From NCBI GenBank assembly GCA_038258625.1, contig JBBSPP010000001.1:1-29379 (forward strand): a DNA stretch of 29,379 nucleotides, written 5' to 3'. The notes beneath the pieces were generated by a model, which saw nothing but the letters and a program-made list of their open reading frames with translations, made no database searches and was not told the origin of the DNA. A program made the position numbers and the translations under genes. This DNA is from Chitinophagales bacterium. GTDB lineage: Bacteria > Bacteroidota > Bacteroidia > Chitinophagales > Chitinophagaceae. The first letter of the stretch is position 1, and every line of letters begins with the position of its first letter. Of this stretch, positions 7,169-16,598 are shown piece by piece.

Positions 7169-9979
7169 ATGCCTGATAAAAAACTCTATCTCCTTGATGC
7201 TTTTGCATTAATTTTTCGCTCGTATTACGCCCTTATTCGTAGCCCGCGCATGACGGCCGATGGTAAAAATACGAGCACCCAATTTGGATTTGTAAATACG
7301 TTGGTTCATCTTTTAAAAACACAAAACGCTTCGCATATTGCAGTTTGTTTTGATACGCCCGAAGTGGGCGTGCGCAACGAAATGTTTGTAGATTATAAAG
7401 CAAACCGAGAAGAAGCGCCCGAAGATTTGAAAATCGCCATCCCCGATATTAAGCGATTGGTAAAAGCATTTAATATCCCACTTATTGAATGCCCAGGCTA
7501 CGAAGCGGATGATATTATAGGTACGCTCAGCAAAAAAGCAAGCGACGCAGGTTATGAAGTTTATATGGTTACTTCGGATAAAGATTTGGGACAACTCGTG
7601 AACGATAAAGTTTTTATGTACAAACCCCCAAGCGGCGGTGGCAAATATGAAAAACTGGGCACCAAAGAAATATGTGAAAAATGGGACATTGAAAATGTAA
7701 GCCAAGTGATTGATATGATTGCCCTAATGGGCGATGCCGTAGATAATATTCCGGGTATAAAAGGTGTGGGTGCAAAAACGGCTGCCAAGCTGTTGAAAGA
7801 ATATGGCACGGTAGAAAATGTGCTAGACAATGCCCAAAACATAAAGGGGAAGATGGGCGAAAAAGTGGCTGCTGGCCGAGCTGATGCACTTATAAGTAAA
7901 CAACTCGGTACAATAATAATGGACGTACCCTGCGAGTTTCATGAAGAAGATTTTAAAATGTCAGAGTGGAATAGGGAGGAATTGATCAATCTTTTTTCGG
8001 AGTTTGAATTTAGAACGTTGGGGCAGCGTGTGCTTGGTGAAGAATTTAAAGTAGCGCCAAAAGAAGGCGAACAAACAGATTTGTTTGGCAATGCCGCGCC
8101 AGGAAAATCGCCCTTGCAAAAAGTGAATTTGAACGAAGCCGACGAAATACCTACAAACTTTGAAACCATAGAAACCACCGAACACGATTATCAATTTATA
8201 GAAAAAACTGAAGACATACAAAAACTGGTGGACGATTTAATTGGCTACAAAGAAGTATGTTTTGATACCGAAACCACGGGATTAGATCCGCTTCTTTGCG
8301 AGCTAGTTGGCATGAGTTTTTCAGTAAAAAAAGGACAAGCATTTTATGTACCCTGCCCAAGGGACAAAAATGAATGCCTTGAATTTTTGAAAATTTTTGC
8401 ACCACTTTTTGCCAATGAAAAAATTACTTGGATAGGGCAAAACCTAAAGTACGATTATTTGGTACTGAAAAATTATGGGCATTTGCTGGCGGGCGATGTG
8501 TTTGATACCATGCTGGCGCATTACGTAATAGAGCCTGAGGGCAAGCGAAGCATGGATGCATTGGCCGAACAATTTTTGCATTATACGCCAGTTTCTATAG
8601 AAACTCTGATTGGCAAAAAAGGAAAAAACCAAGGCAATATGGGCGATTTGCAGCAAGAGCAAATAAGCGATTATGCTGCCGAGGATGCTGACATTACCTT
8701 GCAATTAAAAAAGAAATTTTTGCCACTGATAAAAGAGAAAGAAGTAGAAAAAGTATTTTATGAAGTAGAAAATCCGCTGCTAAAAGTATTGGCAAATATG
8801 GAGTACGAGGGCATTCGCGTGGACGAAACTTTTTTGAACGAATACAGCAAAGTACTCACCGCCGATGCCAAAGAAGCCGAAGAGCGCGTGTATGCACAGG
8901 CGGGTGTGCGGTTCAATTTGGCCTCGCCGAAACAATTGGGCGAAGTCCTTTTTGATAAATTGCAACTAGACGAAAAAGCAAAAAAAACAAAGACGGGTCA
9001 ATATAAAACGGGCGAAGATGTGCTACAAAAATTAGCCGCCAAGCATGAAATTGTTGATGATATTCTCACCTTTCGGCAACTTACTAAATTAAAAAATACC
9101 TATGTAGATACGCTGCCAAGTTTGATAAACCCAAATACGGGCCGAGTACATACAAATTATGCACAGGCTGTGGCGGTCACGGGCCGGCTTTCAAGCAATA
9201 ATCCCAACCTTCAAAACATTCCTATCCGTACCGAAAAAGGTAGAGAAATTAGAAAAGCATTTATACCGCGCAATGAAAATTACGTGTTGATGAGCGCGGA
9301 TTATTCGCAGGTGGAATTGCGCATTGTGGCCGCAATAAGTGGCGACCCAAATATGTGCGAAGCATTTAAAAGTGGCGTGGATATTCACACCGCCACGGCA
9401 GCCAAAGTTTTTGGCGTAGCCGTTACAGACGTTACCAAAGAGCAACGTTACCGCGCAAAGAGTGTAAACTTCGGCATCATTTATGGACAAGGTGCTTTTG
9501 GTCTTGCCGACAATTTGGGCATCTCGCGCACCGAGGCAAAAGAGATAATTGATAACTATAAAAAGGAATTTGTAGGCATTACAAAATACATGACCGAAAC
9601 GGTAGAGTTTGCACAAAAAAATGGTTACGTGCAAACCCTGATGGGGCGCAAACGTTGGTTGCCAGACATAAATTCGGGCAATTTTACAGTGCGCGGTTTT
9701 GCCGAACGCAATGCGATAAACTCGCCCATACAAGGTACGGCGGCTGATATGATTAAGCTGGCCATGATTTCTTTAAATTCCAAACTTTTAAATTCCAAAG
9801 CCCAAAGCAAAATGTTACTTCAAGTACACGATGAATTAATTTTCGATGTACACAAAGATGAAATTGAGGATATGAAAAAATTGGTTTTATCTACTATGGA
9901 AAATGCTATGCTGCTGCCCAATGATGTGCCGCTTGTGGCCGAAATGGGCGTGGGCGATAATTGGTTGGAGGCGCATTAA
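7169..9979 (+). CDS. polA: DNA polymerase I (5'-3' exonuclease, 3'-5' exonuclease and polymerase domains)
   Basis: YLLDAFALIFRSYYA, GYEADDIIGTL, FDTETTGLD (ExoI intact), GRLSSNNPNLQNIP, ADYSQVELR, RAKSVNFGIIYG, LLQVHDEL. Confidence 0.99.
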   Translation: MPDKKLYLLDAFALIFRSYYALIRSPRMTADGKNTSTQFGFVNTLVHLLKTQNASHIAVCFDTPEVGVRNEMFVDYKANREEAPEDLKIAIPDIKRLVKAFNIPLIECPGYEADDIIGTLSKKASDAGYEVYMVTSDKDLGQLVNDKVFMYKPPSGGGKYEKLGTKEICEKWDIENVSQVIDMIALMGDAVDNIPGIKGVGAKTAAKLLKEYGTVENVLDNAQNIKGKMGEKVAAGRADALISKQLGTIIMDVPCEFHEEDFKMSEWNREELINLFSEFEFRTLGQRVLGEEFKVAPKEGEQTDLFGNAAPGKSPLQKVNLNEADEIPTNFETIETTEHDYQFIEKTEDIQKLVDDLIGYKEVCFDTETTGLDPLLCELVGMSFSVKKGQAFYVPCPRDKNECLEFLKIFAPLFANEKITWIGQNLKYDYLVLKNYGHLLAGDVFDTMLAHYVIEPEGKRSMDALAEQFLHYTPVSIETLIGKKGKNQGNMGDLQQEQISDYAAEDADITLQLKKKFLPLIKEKEVEKVFYEVENPLLKVLANMEYEGIRVDETFLNEYSKVLTADAKEAEERVYAQAGVRFNLASPKQLGEVLFDKLQLDEKAKKTKTGQYKTGEDVLQKLAAKHEIVDDILTFRQLTKLKNTYVDTLPSLINPNTGRVHTNYAQAVAVTGRLSSNNPNLQNIPIRTEKGREIRKAFIPRNENYVLMSADYSQVELRIVAAISGDPNMCEAFKSGVDIHTATAAKVFGVAVTDVTKEQRYRAKSVNFGIIYGQGAFGLADNLGISRTEAKEIIDNYKKEFVGITKYMTETVEFAQKNGYVQTLMGRKRWLPDINSGNFTVRGFAERNAINSPIQGTAADMIKLAMISLNSKLLNSKAQSKMLLQVHDELIFDVHKDEIEDMKKLVLSTMENAMLLPNDVPLVAEMGVGDNWLEAH

Positions 9980-10011
9980 ATCATCATACGGCAATAAATA
10001 AACCGAATTGC

Positions 10012-10350
10012 TTAACCTTCTTCAAAATACTCCACGACTAACTTTTTCAACCAAAGCTCTTGTTGTAACAAATCATAATCAGGCAATTCTTTAGCGAGCA
10101 CATAATGCGGCCAACCGTCGTCGTCATTTTTTTCAAAAATATAATAATCCTCTTTTGATAATAATACGCAAGTTGCAACGTGCATTAAGTCTTGCTTTTG
10201 CTCTTTCGTAAATCGTTTTTCGGTTGAAAAACCGACTTCATTCATGCCAATTAAAAACAGCATAGCCTGCAAATCTGGCTTTTTACCAAACCGCTCGGTT
10301 AGTTTATTTTCTAACACTTTCCATTTATCTACGAAATCTATTTTTTCCAC
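10012..10350 (-). CDS. Conserved hypothetical Bacteroidota protein
   Basis: RFGKKPDLQAMLFLIG...KEQKQDLMHVATC...D-x-D-G-W-P-H-Y pattern that I recognise as a widespread uncharacterised family; GTG start; probably co-transcribed with suhB. Confidence 0.75.
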   Translation of the reverse strand: MEKIDFVDKWKVLENKLTERFGKKPDLQAMLFLIGMNEVGFSTEKRFTKEQKQDLMHVATCVLLSKEDYYIFEKNDDDGWPHYVLAKELPDYDLLQQELWLKKLVVEYFEEG

Positions 10351-10368
10351 TAATTAAATATTAAAAAC

Positions 10369-11160
10369 CTACTCATTAATCACCTTCAACATTTCAGCAT
10401 GAATTTTACCGTTTGTCGCTAGCGTTTCCTTGTCATAAACTGAGTATGGGTCGCCGCTAAAATTGGTTACCAATCCGCCCGCTTCCTCAATTATTAAATA
10501 ACCCGCGGCAATATCCCACGGGTTGAGGTTATACTCCCAAAAACCATCAAACCTGCCCGCTGCTACCCAGCACAAATCTATGGCGGCGCTACCCAACCGG
10601 CGCACGGGCAAGCCCATTCGTATAAACCGCTCAAACACCGCAATCGGGTCTTTAGCAACTTCTACCCAACGATACGGAAAGCCCGTAACCAAACAAGATT
10701 TATGCACGTTTTTATTTTCAGAAACTTTCAGTTTTTTATTATTCAAAAAAGCGCCTTTTCCTTTCTCGGCAAAAAATAATTCATTCATAAGCGGATTAAA
10801 CACCGCACCCATCAACATTTTACCATCCATTTCTACACCAATACTTACGCAACAAATTGGTATGCCGTTGGCAAAATTTACCGTGCCATCAATCGGATCA
10901 ATAATCCATTTAAAATTTGAATCTGTGCTTATTTCGCCCACCTCTTCGCTCAAAATAAAATGATTGGGATACTCATCTTGTATCACATCAATTATTGCAG
11001 TTTCACTTTTTTTGTCAACCTCGGTTACCAAATCATTGAGCGAACTTTTACTCTGAATTTCAAATGTGCCGTCAAAATATTTTTTTAATTGATCTGCTCC
11101 GGCGTGTATTGCACGCAGCAAAGTGTTTTTCAATTGTTCATTATTCAAGGAAGTTTCCAT
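10369..11160 (-). CDS. suhB: Inositol monophosphatase family protein
   Basis: DLVTEVD, ILSEE, WIIDPIDGTVNF, RRLGSAAIDLCWVAAGRFDGFWE, WDIAAG. ATG at 11160 is preferred over the track start because a -7 box lies at 11176-11183. Confidence 0.95.
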   Translation of the reverse strand: METSLNNEQLKNTLLRAIHAGADQLKKYFDGTFEIQSKSSLNDLVTEVDKKSETAIIDVIQDEYPNHFILSEEVGEISTDSNFKWIIDPIDGTVNFANGIPICCVSIGVEMDGKMLMGAVFNPLMNELFFAEKGKGAFLNNKKLKVSENKNVHKSCLVTGFPYRWVEVAKDPIAVFERFIRMGLPVRRLGSAAIDLCWVAAGRFDGFWEYNLNPWDIAAGYLIIEEAGGLVTNFSGDPYSVYDKETLATNGKIHAEMLKVINE

Positions 11161-11175
11161 TACTTTTACGGCGTT

Positions 11176-11183
11176 CAAAGTTA
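11176..11183 (-). promoter_or_regulatory. -7 box (TAACTTTG) for suhB
   Basis: Exact TAnnTTTG match 15 nt upstream of ATG 11160. Confidence 0.6.
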
Positions 11184-11198
11184 ATCCATTTTCCGTCT

Positions 11199-13130
11199 GT
11201 GAAACAGATAAGCATCATTATTGTAAACTACAACGTAAAGCATTTTTTAGAGCATTGTTTGCTCTCGGTTTTTCGTGCGCTCCCAAATATTGATGCCGAA
11301 GTTTTTGTGGTTGATAATCAAAGCACAGATGGCAGTGTAGAAATGGTGCGCGACAAATTTCCCGCTGCCAAGCTTATTGCTAATCAAGAAAATGTAGGGT
11401 TTGCTAAGGCAAATAATCAGGCAGTGGCGCTGTCAAATGCGGAGTATATTTTATACCTAAATCCGGATACAATTGTTGCGGAGGATTGTTTTCAAAAATG
11501 CATTGCTTACATGAATGCAAATTCAAATGTGGGTGCACTTGGTCCGAAATTGATCGACGGCAAAGGAATTTTTCTGCCCGAATCGAAGCGTGGATTTCCA
11601 TCAGCTTGGGTGGCTTTTTGCAAAATATCGGGGCTGAGCTCTTTATTTAAAAATTCAAAAAAATTCAACCAATATCACCAAGGTTTTTTGCCCGAAAATG
11701 AAACAAATGAAGTTGAAGTGTTGGTAGGTTGTTTTATGTTTTGCCGAAAATCTGTGATAGACAAAGTGGGTAGTTTTGATGAAACCTATTTTATGTACGG
11801 CGAGGATATTGACCTCAGCTATCAAATAAACCAAGGGGGCTATAAAAATATATACTTCCCCGAAACCACCGTCATTCACTACAAAGGAGAAAGTACAAAA
11901 AAAGGAAGCTTGAATTATGTGCGCATGTTTTATAAAGCCATGATCATTTTTGCCAAAAAGAATTTTACTGACGGGCAAAAAGGTCTTTACGTTTTCTTAA
12001 TCACTGCGGCTATTTATTTCCGTGCATTTGTGGCTTTTTTGCGTGGCATTTTTACGGTGCTTTCGTTACCAATTCTTGATGCCATCATTCTATTAAGTGC
12101 GCAAATTGCGATGCTCGCTGTTTGGAAAAAATATGTAAAACCCGATACGGAGTATTCGCTCAATTTGCTCATTTTTTTCTTTTCATCATACTTATTAATA
12201 TGGCTAGGCGCAATTTTTTCGAGCGGCGGTTATGACCGGCCCTACAAACCATTGCGCGTGCTGCGCGGTATGCTCATTGGTAGTTTTATTATTCTGAGTA
12301 TTTATGCGTTACTCCCTGAGAGCTATCGTTTTTCGCGCGGCATCACCGTGCTGGGCGCATTGTTTGGCACGTTGGCAATATTGGCGGTGCGATTTATACT
12401 GCAACTAATTGGTGTAAAAAGTGTAGAAAGCGAAGACCAACAAAATAAAAGAGTAATCATCGTGGGCAATGCCGAAGAAGAAAAAGAAATCAATTTTCTA
12501 CTCGCAAAAGCAGGGCTGAAAAAAAATATTATTGGCACTGTAAATTCTGCATCAGTTAAAAGTGAAAAACAACTTGGCAGCTTTTCACAGCTAAAACCAA
12601 TTAGCGAATTATATAATGCTGGCGAACTAATTTTTGCACAGGAGGAACTTAGTTTTAAGCAAATAATTGATAGTATTACAAACATGGGCAGCGGCTATGA
12701 TTACAAGATTCATAGCCACGGCACGGATAGTATTATTGGCAGTAACTCTAAAAATACCGCCGGTGATTTATACACCACCGAGCAAATTTATACAATTGCA
12801 CTACCCGCCTCGCGCCGAAATAAGCGCGTGGTAGATATTGTTTTTGCGCTTCTATTTATTTTGGGTAGCCCAATATTTATTTGGTTGGTAAAAAATAAAG
12901 ACGCGTATTTCGCTAATTTTCTTTCGGTACTTTTCGGAGCCAAAACATTTATAGGGTACAACGATAAGCAGTTTCCAAATCTAAAAAATCATTTGCTACC
13001 CGTGTTTTCTGCGCCCGAAAATTTTGAAGTTCCTGCCGAAAATGTGGAGCACCTTAATTATTTATACGCCAAAAATTATTCGCCTTGGACTGATGTAAAA
13101 TTGGTTTGGGATAATTGGCAAATGATATGA
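11199..13130 (+). CDS. GT2 glycosyltransferase fused to a membrane region and a WcaJ-like C-terminal region
   Basis: IIIVNYN, VVDNQSTDGS, NVGFAKANN, LNPDT, FMYGEDIDL. The likely start is GTG at 11199 (VKQISIIIVNY); the track start at 11064 overlaps suhB. Confidence 0.9.
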   Translation: MKQISIIIVNYNVKHFLEHCLLSVFRALPNIDAEVFVVDNQSTDGSVEMVRDKFPAAKLIANQENVGFAKANNQAVALSNAEYILYLNPDTIVAEDCFQKCIAYMNANSNVGALGPKLIDGKGIFLPESKRGFPSAWVAFCKISGLSSLFKNSKKFNQYHQGFLPENETNEVEVLVGCFMFCRKSVIDKVGSFDETYFMYGEDIDLSYQINQGGYKNIYFPETTVIHYKGESTKKGSLNYVRMFYKAMIIFAKKNFTDGQKGLYVFLITAAIYFRAFVAFLRGIFTVLSLPILDAIILLSAQIAMLAVWKKYVKPDTEYSLNLLIFFFSSYLLIWLGAIFSSGGYDRPYKPLRVLRGMLIGSFIILSIYALLPESYRFSRGITVLGALFGTLAILAVRFILQLIGVKSVESEDQQNKRVIIVGNAEEEKEINFLLAKAGLKKNIIGTVNSASVKSEKQLGSFSQLKPISELYNAGELIFAQEELSFKQIIDSITNMGSGYDYKIHSHGTDSIIGSNSKNTAGDLYTTEQIYTIALPASRRNKRVVDIVFALLFILGSPIFIWLVKNKDAYFANFLSVLFGAKTFIGYNDKQFPNLKNHLLPVFSAPENFEVPAENVEHLNYLYAKNYSPWTDVKLVWDNWQMI

Positions 13131-13205
13131 TTTACGAACCTAGAAAGCCGTTTATTGATGCAAATGGCTGATATTGACAAATCATCCAAGACCAATAAAA
13201 ATTAT

Positions 13206-14717
13206 TTATTCTGCCGCTGATGTCATTAATTTTTTTCTGTAATCTTGATAATTCATGCGGTGGACCTTAGATTCAAACCAAGCGGGGAAATCAAAGTAAT
13301 TATAAATAACTCGCTTACTAATGTTGTGCTCGCTAATGCGTAATGATTTTAAAGTATTCTGAAAAATTTTTTTGCGCGTCACAAAATCAGGTTTGCTAAA
13401 AGCGGCTTGTAGTGCACTCAAAATTTCTAGCCCAATTTCTTTGTGCTCGGGGTAGCGATAAAAAAAGGCTACGGCATTTTTTACCTTGCTCTCAAATGTT
13501 ATGAAATGATTTATTTCAAAAGCTATAACGGCTTCAAAAATATAGGCAAATGGCATTACTTCTTGCCGCGTGCTTTTGGTAAAAGTTTTAATTAAATTGC
13601 TAGCAAAGTATAATGCCTCATTAAAATTGTTGGCAATAAAATAGCTTATGGCAAGGCTAGCGTTCAAAATAGTTCTAGTTTCTTCGGTTGATTTTTGCAA
13701 CCAGCCTGGCACTTCGCCCTCATTTATTTTTAATAGATTATCCACCTTGGCGTACTGTGTGGTGGTGCTATACAAGCGGTTTTTGATTAAAAAATGTAAA
13801 ATATCTCGATGCCGCAAATACATTGCATTAGCCATGAATATTTGATGGCTGCTTTTCAAAATGGCTTCTACAGCTTTGTAGTCTTTAATAAAAAAAGCAG
13901 TGTCAGAATAAAACTTTATAAAATCTAACAGGAACTCATTATTGTTTTGTAAAAAAGAAATAGGCTCCTTTATTTTTTTATAAATGGGCTGCAATTCGTC
14001 AAATGTTTTTTGGAATGCACCTTCTAAAAAATATACGATGGCCCACGCCGTTTTGTATAAAAAGAAGTATTCGTGTTGCTGTATTTTGATTGGGGGTGTA
14101 ATTTGTGTTAGGTTTTTTTTTACTTCATTGAAGCGATGGTGATTTTCGTCAAACAAAATAAATGAACGCTTGCGAATAAACATAAGCTCATTGTATATCA
14201 CGCGCAGCTCCAATAATTTAGAAAAATCAAGGGCATGTGCCGAAGCATACCCCAACAATGTTTGGTGGTCTTTTATTTTTAATTGGTGATTGTCAAACAG
14301 CTCAATTCTAAATTTTTCTTGCAACAAAATTTCTATGTAAGCGGGCTGCTCCATTTGCAGGCATTTATCAAAAAGTTTCTGCCATTTTTTATTGGCCAGC
14401 TGTATTTGATGTTTAAATCTGAGCGATTTTATAATAGCAATTTCGTGCAATATCGAAATTTGCTGGTTGGCACTGGCATCAAAAAAAGCATTGGATAATA
14501 ACAGTTTTTCGTGCAGTTGATGTTTGGTATAATTTTCTTTGCCTTGGCATATTTTGCTAATCGTCTGGTTTAGCAAGGTTGGGTTATTGGTAGTACTTTT
14601 TATGATGGCATCATAAACTAGTATGTAGAGCGGTTGTTTTTTATCCGGTATGTTTCGTCTAAAAAACAAGCGCTCGCCTGTGCTCATATTCTGTATAGTT
14701 TCAAATAAATGCTCCAT
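13206..14717 (-). CDS. Uncharacterised ~500-aa all-helical (TPR-like) cytoplasmic Bacteroidota protein
   Basis: Begins MEHLFETIQNMSTGERLFFRR and ends YFDFPAWFESK, matching the LF-x-LI-x-S-L-x-x-x-E-K-R-Y-F / W-x-E-S-K family pattern as I recall it. No signal peptide. ATG at 14717 preferred. Confidence 0.75.
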   Translation of the reverse strand: MEHLFETIQNMSTGERLFFRRNIPDKKQPLYILVYDAIIKSTTNNPTLLNQTISKICQGKENYTKHQLHEKLLLSNAFFDASANQQISILHEIAIIKSLRFKHQIQLANKKWQKLFDKCLQMEQPAYIEILLQEKFRIELFDNHQLKIKDHQTLLGYASAHALDFSKLLELRVIYNELMFIRKRSFILFDENHHRFNEVKKNLTQITPPIKIQQHEYFFLYKTAWAIVYFLEGAFQKTFDELQPIYKKIKEPISFLQNNNEFLLDFIKFYSDTAFFIKDYKAVEAILKSSHQIFMANAMYLRHRDILHFLIKNRLYSTTTQYAKVDNLLKINEGEVPGWLQKSTEETRTILNASLAISYFIANNFNEALYFASNLIKTFTKSTRQEVMPFAYIFEAVIAFEINHFITFESKVKNAVAFFYRYPEHKEIGLEILSALQAAFSKPDFVTRKKIFQNTLKSLRISEHNISKRVIYNYFDFPAWFESKVHRMNYQDYRKKLMTSAAE

Positions 14718-14881
14718 TATTTTATGGTACAATTCTTAATTATAAACGTAATTATTAATGACAATAATAATTGATTTATCGCATTAAATATAGAGAATTT
14801 AGCTAAGGCGCTACCAAATTGTACCATTTATAAATCAAATTATGGTTTTACCTTTTAAAAATTATACAGCCTCCCCCATTA

Positions 14882-14889
14882 TATATTTG
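14882..14889 (+). promoter_or_regulatory. -7 box (TATATTTG) upstream of the T9SS cargo/collagen gene pair
   Basis: Exact TAnnTTTG match; implies a ~160-nt 5' leader before ATG 15055. Confidence 0.5.
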
Positions 14890-15054
14890 TGTGCAAATAG
14901 AAAACAAAAAATAAATTATTGAACGTATTGAAGTTTTATGCATAAACAACCTACTAATTGTACTATGCCTAACCAATAAAACGAACTGTTATACCTAGCC
15001 AAACCAACCTTTTTTTTTCATCACCAAAATAGAAAACAAAAAAACATTTAAATT

Positions 15055-15540
15055 ATGAGACACAAAAAAACATTTTTAACCACACTGCTGTTGTGCGCGG
15101 CCATACCTTGGCTACAGGCGCAAGATGCAAGCCTTGCCACTGGCGGTACGGGCAGTGGCAGCGGCGGGACGGCCACGTACTCCATAGGCCAACCCATGTA
15201 CCAAACCCAGAGCGGCACAGGCTTCGTAGAAACACAGGGCGTACAGCAACCCTACGAAATATCCGTTGTAACTGCGCTGAACGACTTGGAAGGAATCAGC
15301 CTTTTTTTCTCGGCTTATCCCAATCCTACATCTAATGAATTGAATTTGAAAATTGAAAAATATTCAACCAAAGACCTGACCTATCAACTTACTGATATGA
15401 ATGGCAAGGTATTACAGAGCAGTAAAGTTAGTGATGAGCGTACACAATTGTCTTTATCAACTTATGCCACGGCTACCTATTTTCTATCAGTATCAAAAAA
15501 TAATCAACTCATAAAATCTTTCAAAATCATTAAAAATTAA
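15055..15540 (+). CDS. Small T9SS type A sorting-domain protein
   Basis: Signal peptide ending LQA-Q; ATGG[15 protein letters not shown]...GVQQPYEI; CTD AYPNPT...[21 protein letters not shown]. Confidence 0.9.
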   Translation: MRHKKTFLTTLLLCAAIPWLQAQDASLATGGTGSGSGGTATYSIGQPMYQTQSGTGFVETQGVQQPYEISVVTALNDLEGISLFFSAYPNPTSNELNLKIEKYSTKDLTYQLTDMNGKVLQSSKVSDERTQLSLSTYATATYFLSVSKNNQLIKSFKIIKN

Positions 15541-15595
15541 TCCTTCAAACAATTTACGAGGACAAAAAAAATCATCTTTTAAAAAATTAAACATC

Positions 15596-16558
15596 ATGAA
15601 AAAAATAATAATTCTAATCTTTGTGGTTGCACTTTCAACCAATTTATTTGCTCAAGCTCCACAAAAAATGAGCTACCAATCTGTAGTACGAAATGCAGCG
15701 GGGGCATTATTACCTAACACTAATTTGGGGATGCAAATCAGCATTTTACAAACGTCTGCCACAGGTACCAGTGTTTACACCGAAACCCAGAATGTAACCA
15801 CCAACTCCAATGGCTTGGCGACTATAGAAATTGGCGCAGGAACAGCGGTATCCGGCACATTTTCAGGAATCAATTGGGGGGCAGGGCCATATTTTGTAAA
15901 AACCGAAATCGATCCAACTGGCGGAACAGCCTATAGCATTACAGGAACGTCTCAATTAATGAGTGTCCCTTACGCACTTTTTTCGGCTAATGGAACACCA
16001 GGACCGGTTGGTCCTGCAGGACCAACCGGACCAACTGGAGCATCGGGACCCGCAGGCCCAGCAGGTGCTACTGGAGCTACGGGCGCAACTGGCCCGGCAG
16101 GCGCTACAGGAGCAACCGGCCCTGTTGGCCCACAAGCCACTACGAGTATTACGGCCTTTCAACCACTAGGCTGTCAATCACTTGCAGCCGTAACGACTAC
16201 TTTTACTAAAATTGCTGATATTGGCACGTTTACAAAGTCAATAGCTGCCACCTGGATTGAACTTAATTTTCAATCTAATTTTGCTATTCAAGGGTTGGGA
16301 ACAGGAACCGGTGTTGTTTACGAGCTTCGAATTGATAATGCGGCTACTACTTTGGGCCGCGCCACTTTACGTCTTAGTGAGGTATCTACTCAATTTCCGG
16401 GTAGTATTACTGGAATTTTTCCGGGTGTTAGTGCAGGTGCGCACACGATTAGCATTTGGGTACGAAGTGCGAACGGAACTGCAGTATCTGCAGGCTATGA
16501 CACCGGGTGCTGGAACTCAATTAATGCAAATAATATGTACGTAAAAGAATACAGATAA
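15596..16558 (+). CDS. Exported collagen-like fibre protein: QAPQKMSYQ-type N-domain, (Gly-X-Y)16 stalk and beta-rich C-terminal head
   Basis: Signal peptide ending LFA-Q; N-domain ending [10 protein letters not shown]; 16 uninterrupted G-X-Y triplets; no T9SS CTD. Confidence 0.85.
   Translation: MKKIIILIFVVALSTNLFAQAPQKMSYQSVVRNAAGALLPNTNLGMQISILQTSATGTSVYTETQNVTTNSNGLATIEIGAGTAVSGTFSGINWGAGPYFVKTEIDPTGGTAYSITGTSQLMSVPYALFSANGTPGPVGPAGPTGPTGASGPAGPAGATGATGATGPAGATGATGPVGPQATTSITAFQPLGCQSLAAVTTTFTKIADIGTFTKSIAATWIELNFQSNFAIQGLGTGTGVVYELRIDNAATTLGRATLRLSEVSTQFPGSITGIFPGVSAGAHTISIWVRSANGTAVSAGYDTGCWNSINANNMYVKEYR
15992..16135 (+). repeat. Collagen-like (Gly-X-Y)16 coding repeat
   Basis: [48 protein letters not shown]. 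Confidence 0.95.
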
Positions 16559-16598
16559 AAAATTAACTTTCAACAATTTCTTGTTTTCTACTCCAAGT

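Noticed and set aside
10523-10963. 146-aa ORF antisense to suhB, and similar 60-180-aa ORFs inside polA, GT2, purH, comEC, def, the ABC exporter and the PNGase-like gene
   Set aside because: They are shadows of well-supported genes with no motifs or signal peptides.
11064-11198. N-terminal extension of the GT2 ORF in the track
   Set aside because: It overlaps suhB; GT2 similarity begins at GTG 11199.
14938-14979. 13-aa upstream ORF MHKQPTNCTMPNQ in the T9SS gene leader
   Set aside because: No amino-acid bias or attenuator hairpin; ORFs this short are expected by chance.
15956-16169. ORFs in alternative frames over the collagen repeat
   Set aside because: They result from the stop-poor, GC-rich G-X-Y repeat.
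15055-16558. Possible diversity-generating retroelement target, since related fibre proteins can carry variable heads
   Set aside because: No reverse transcriptase, no template/variable repeat pair differing at adenines, and no FGE-sulfatase/CLec-type head are visible.
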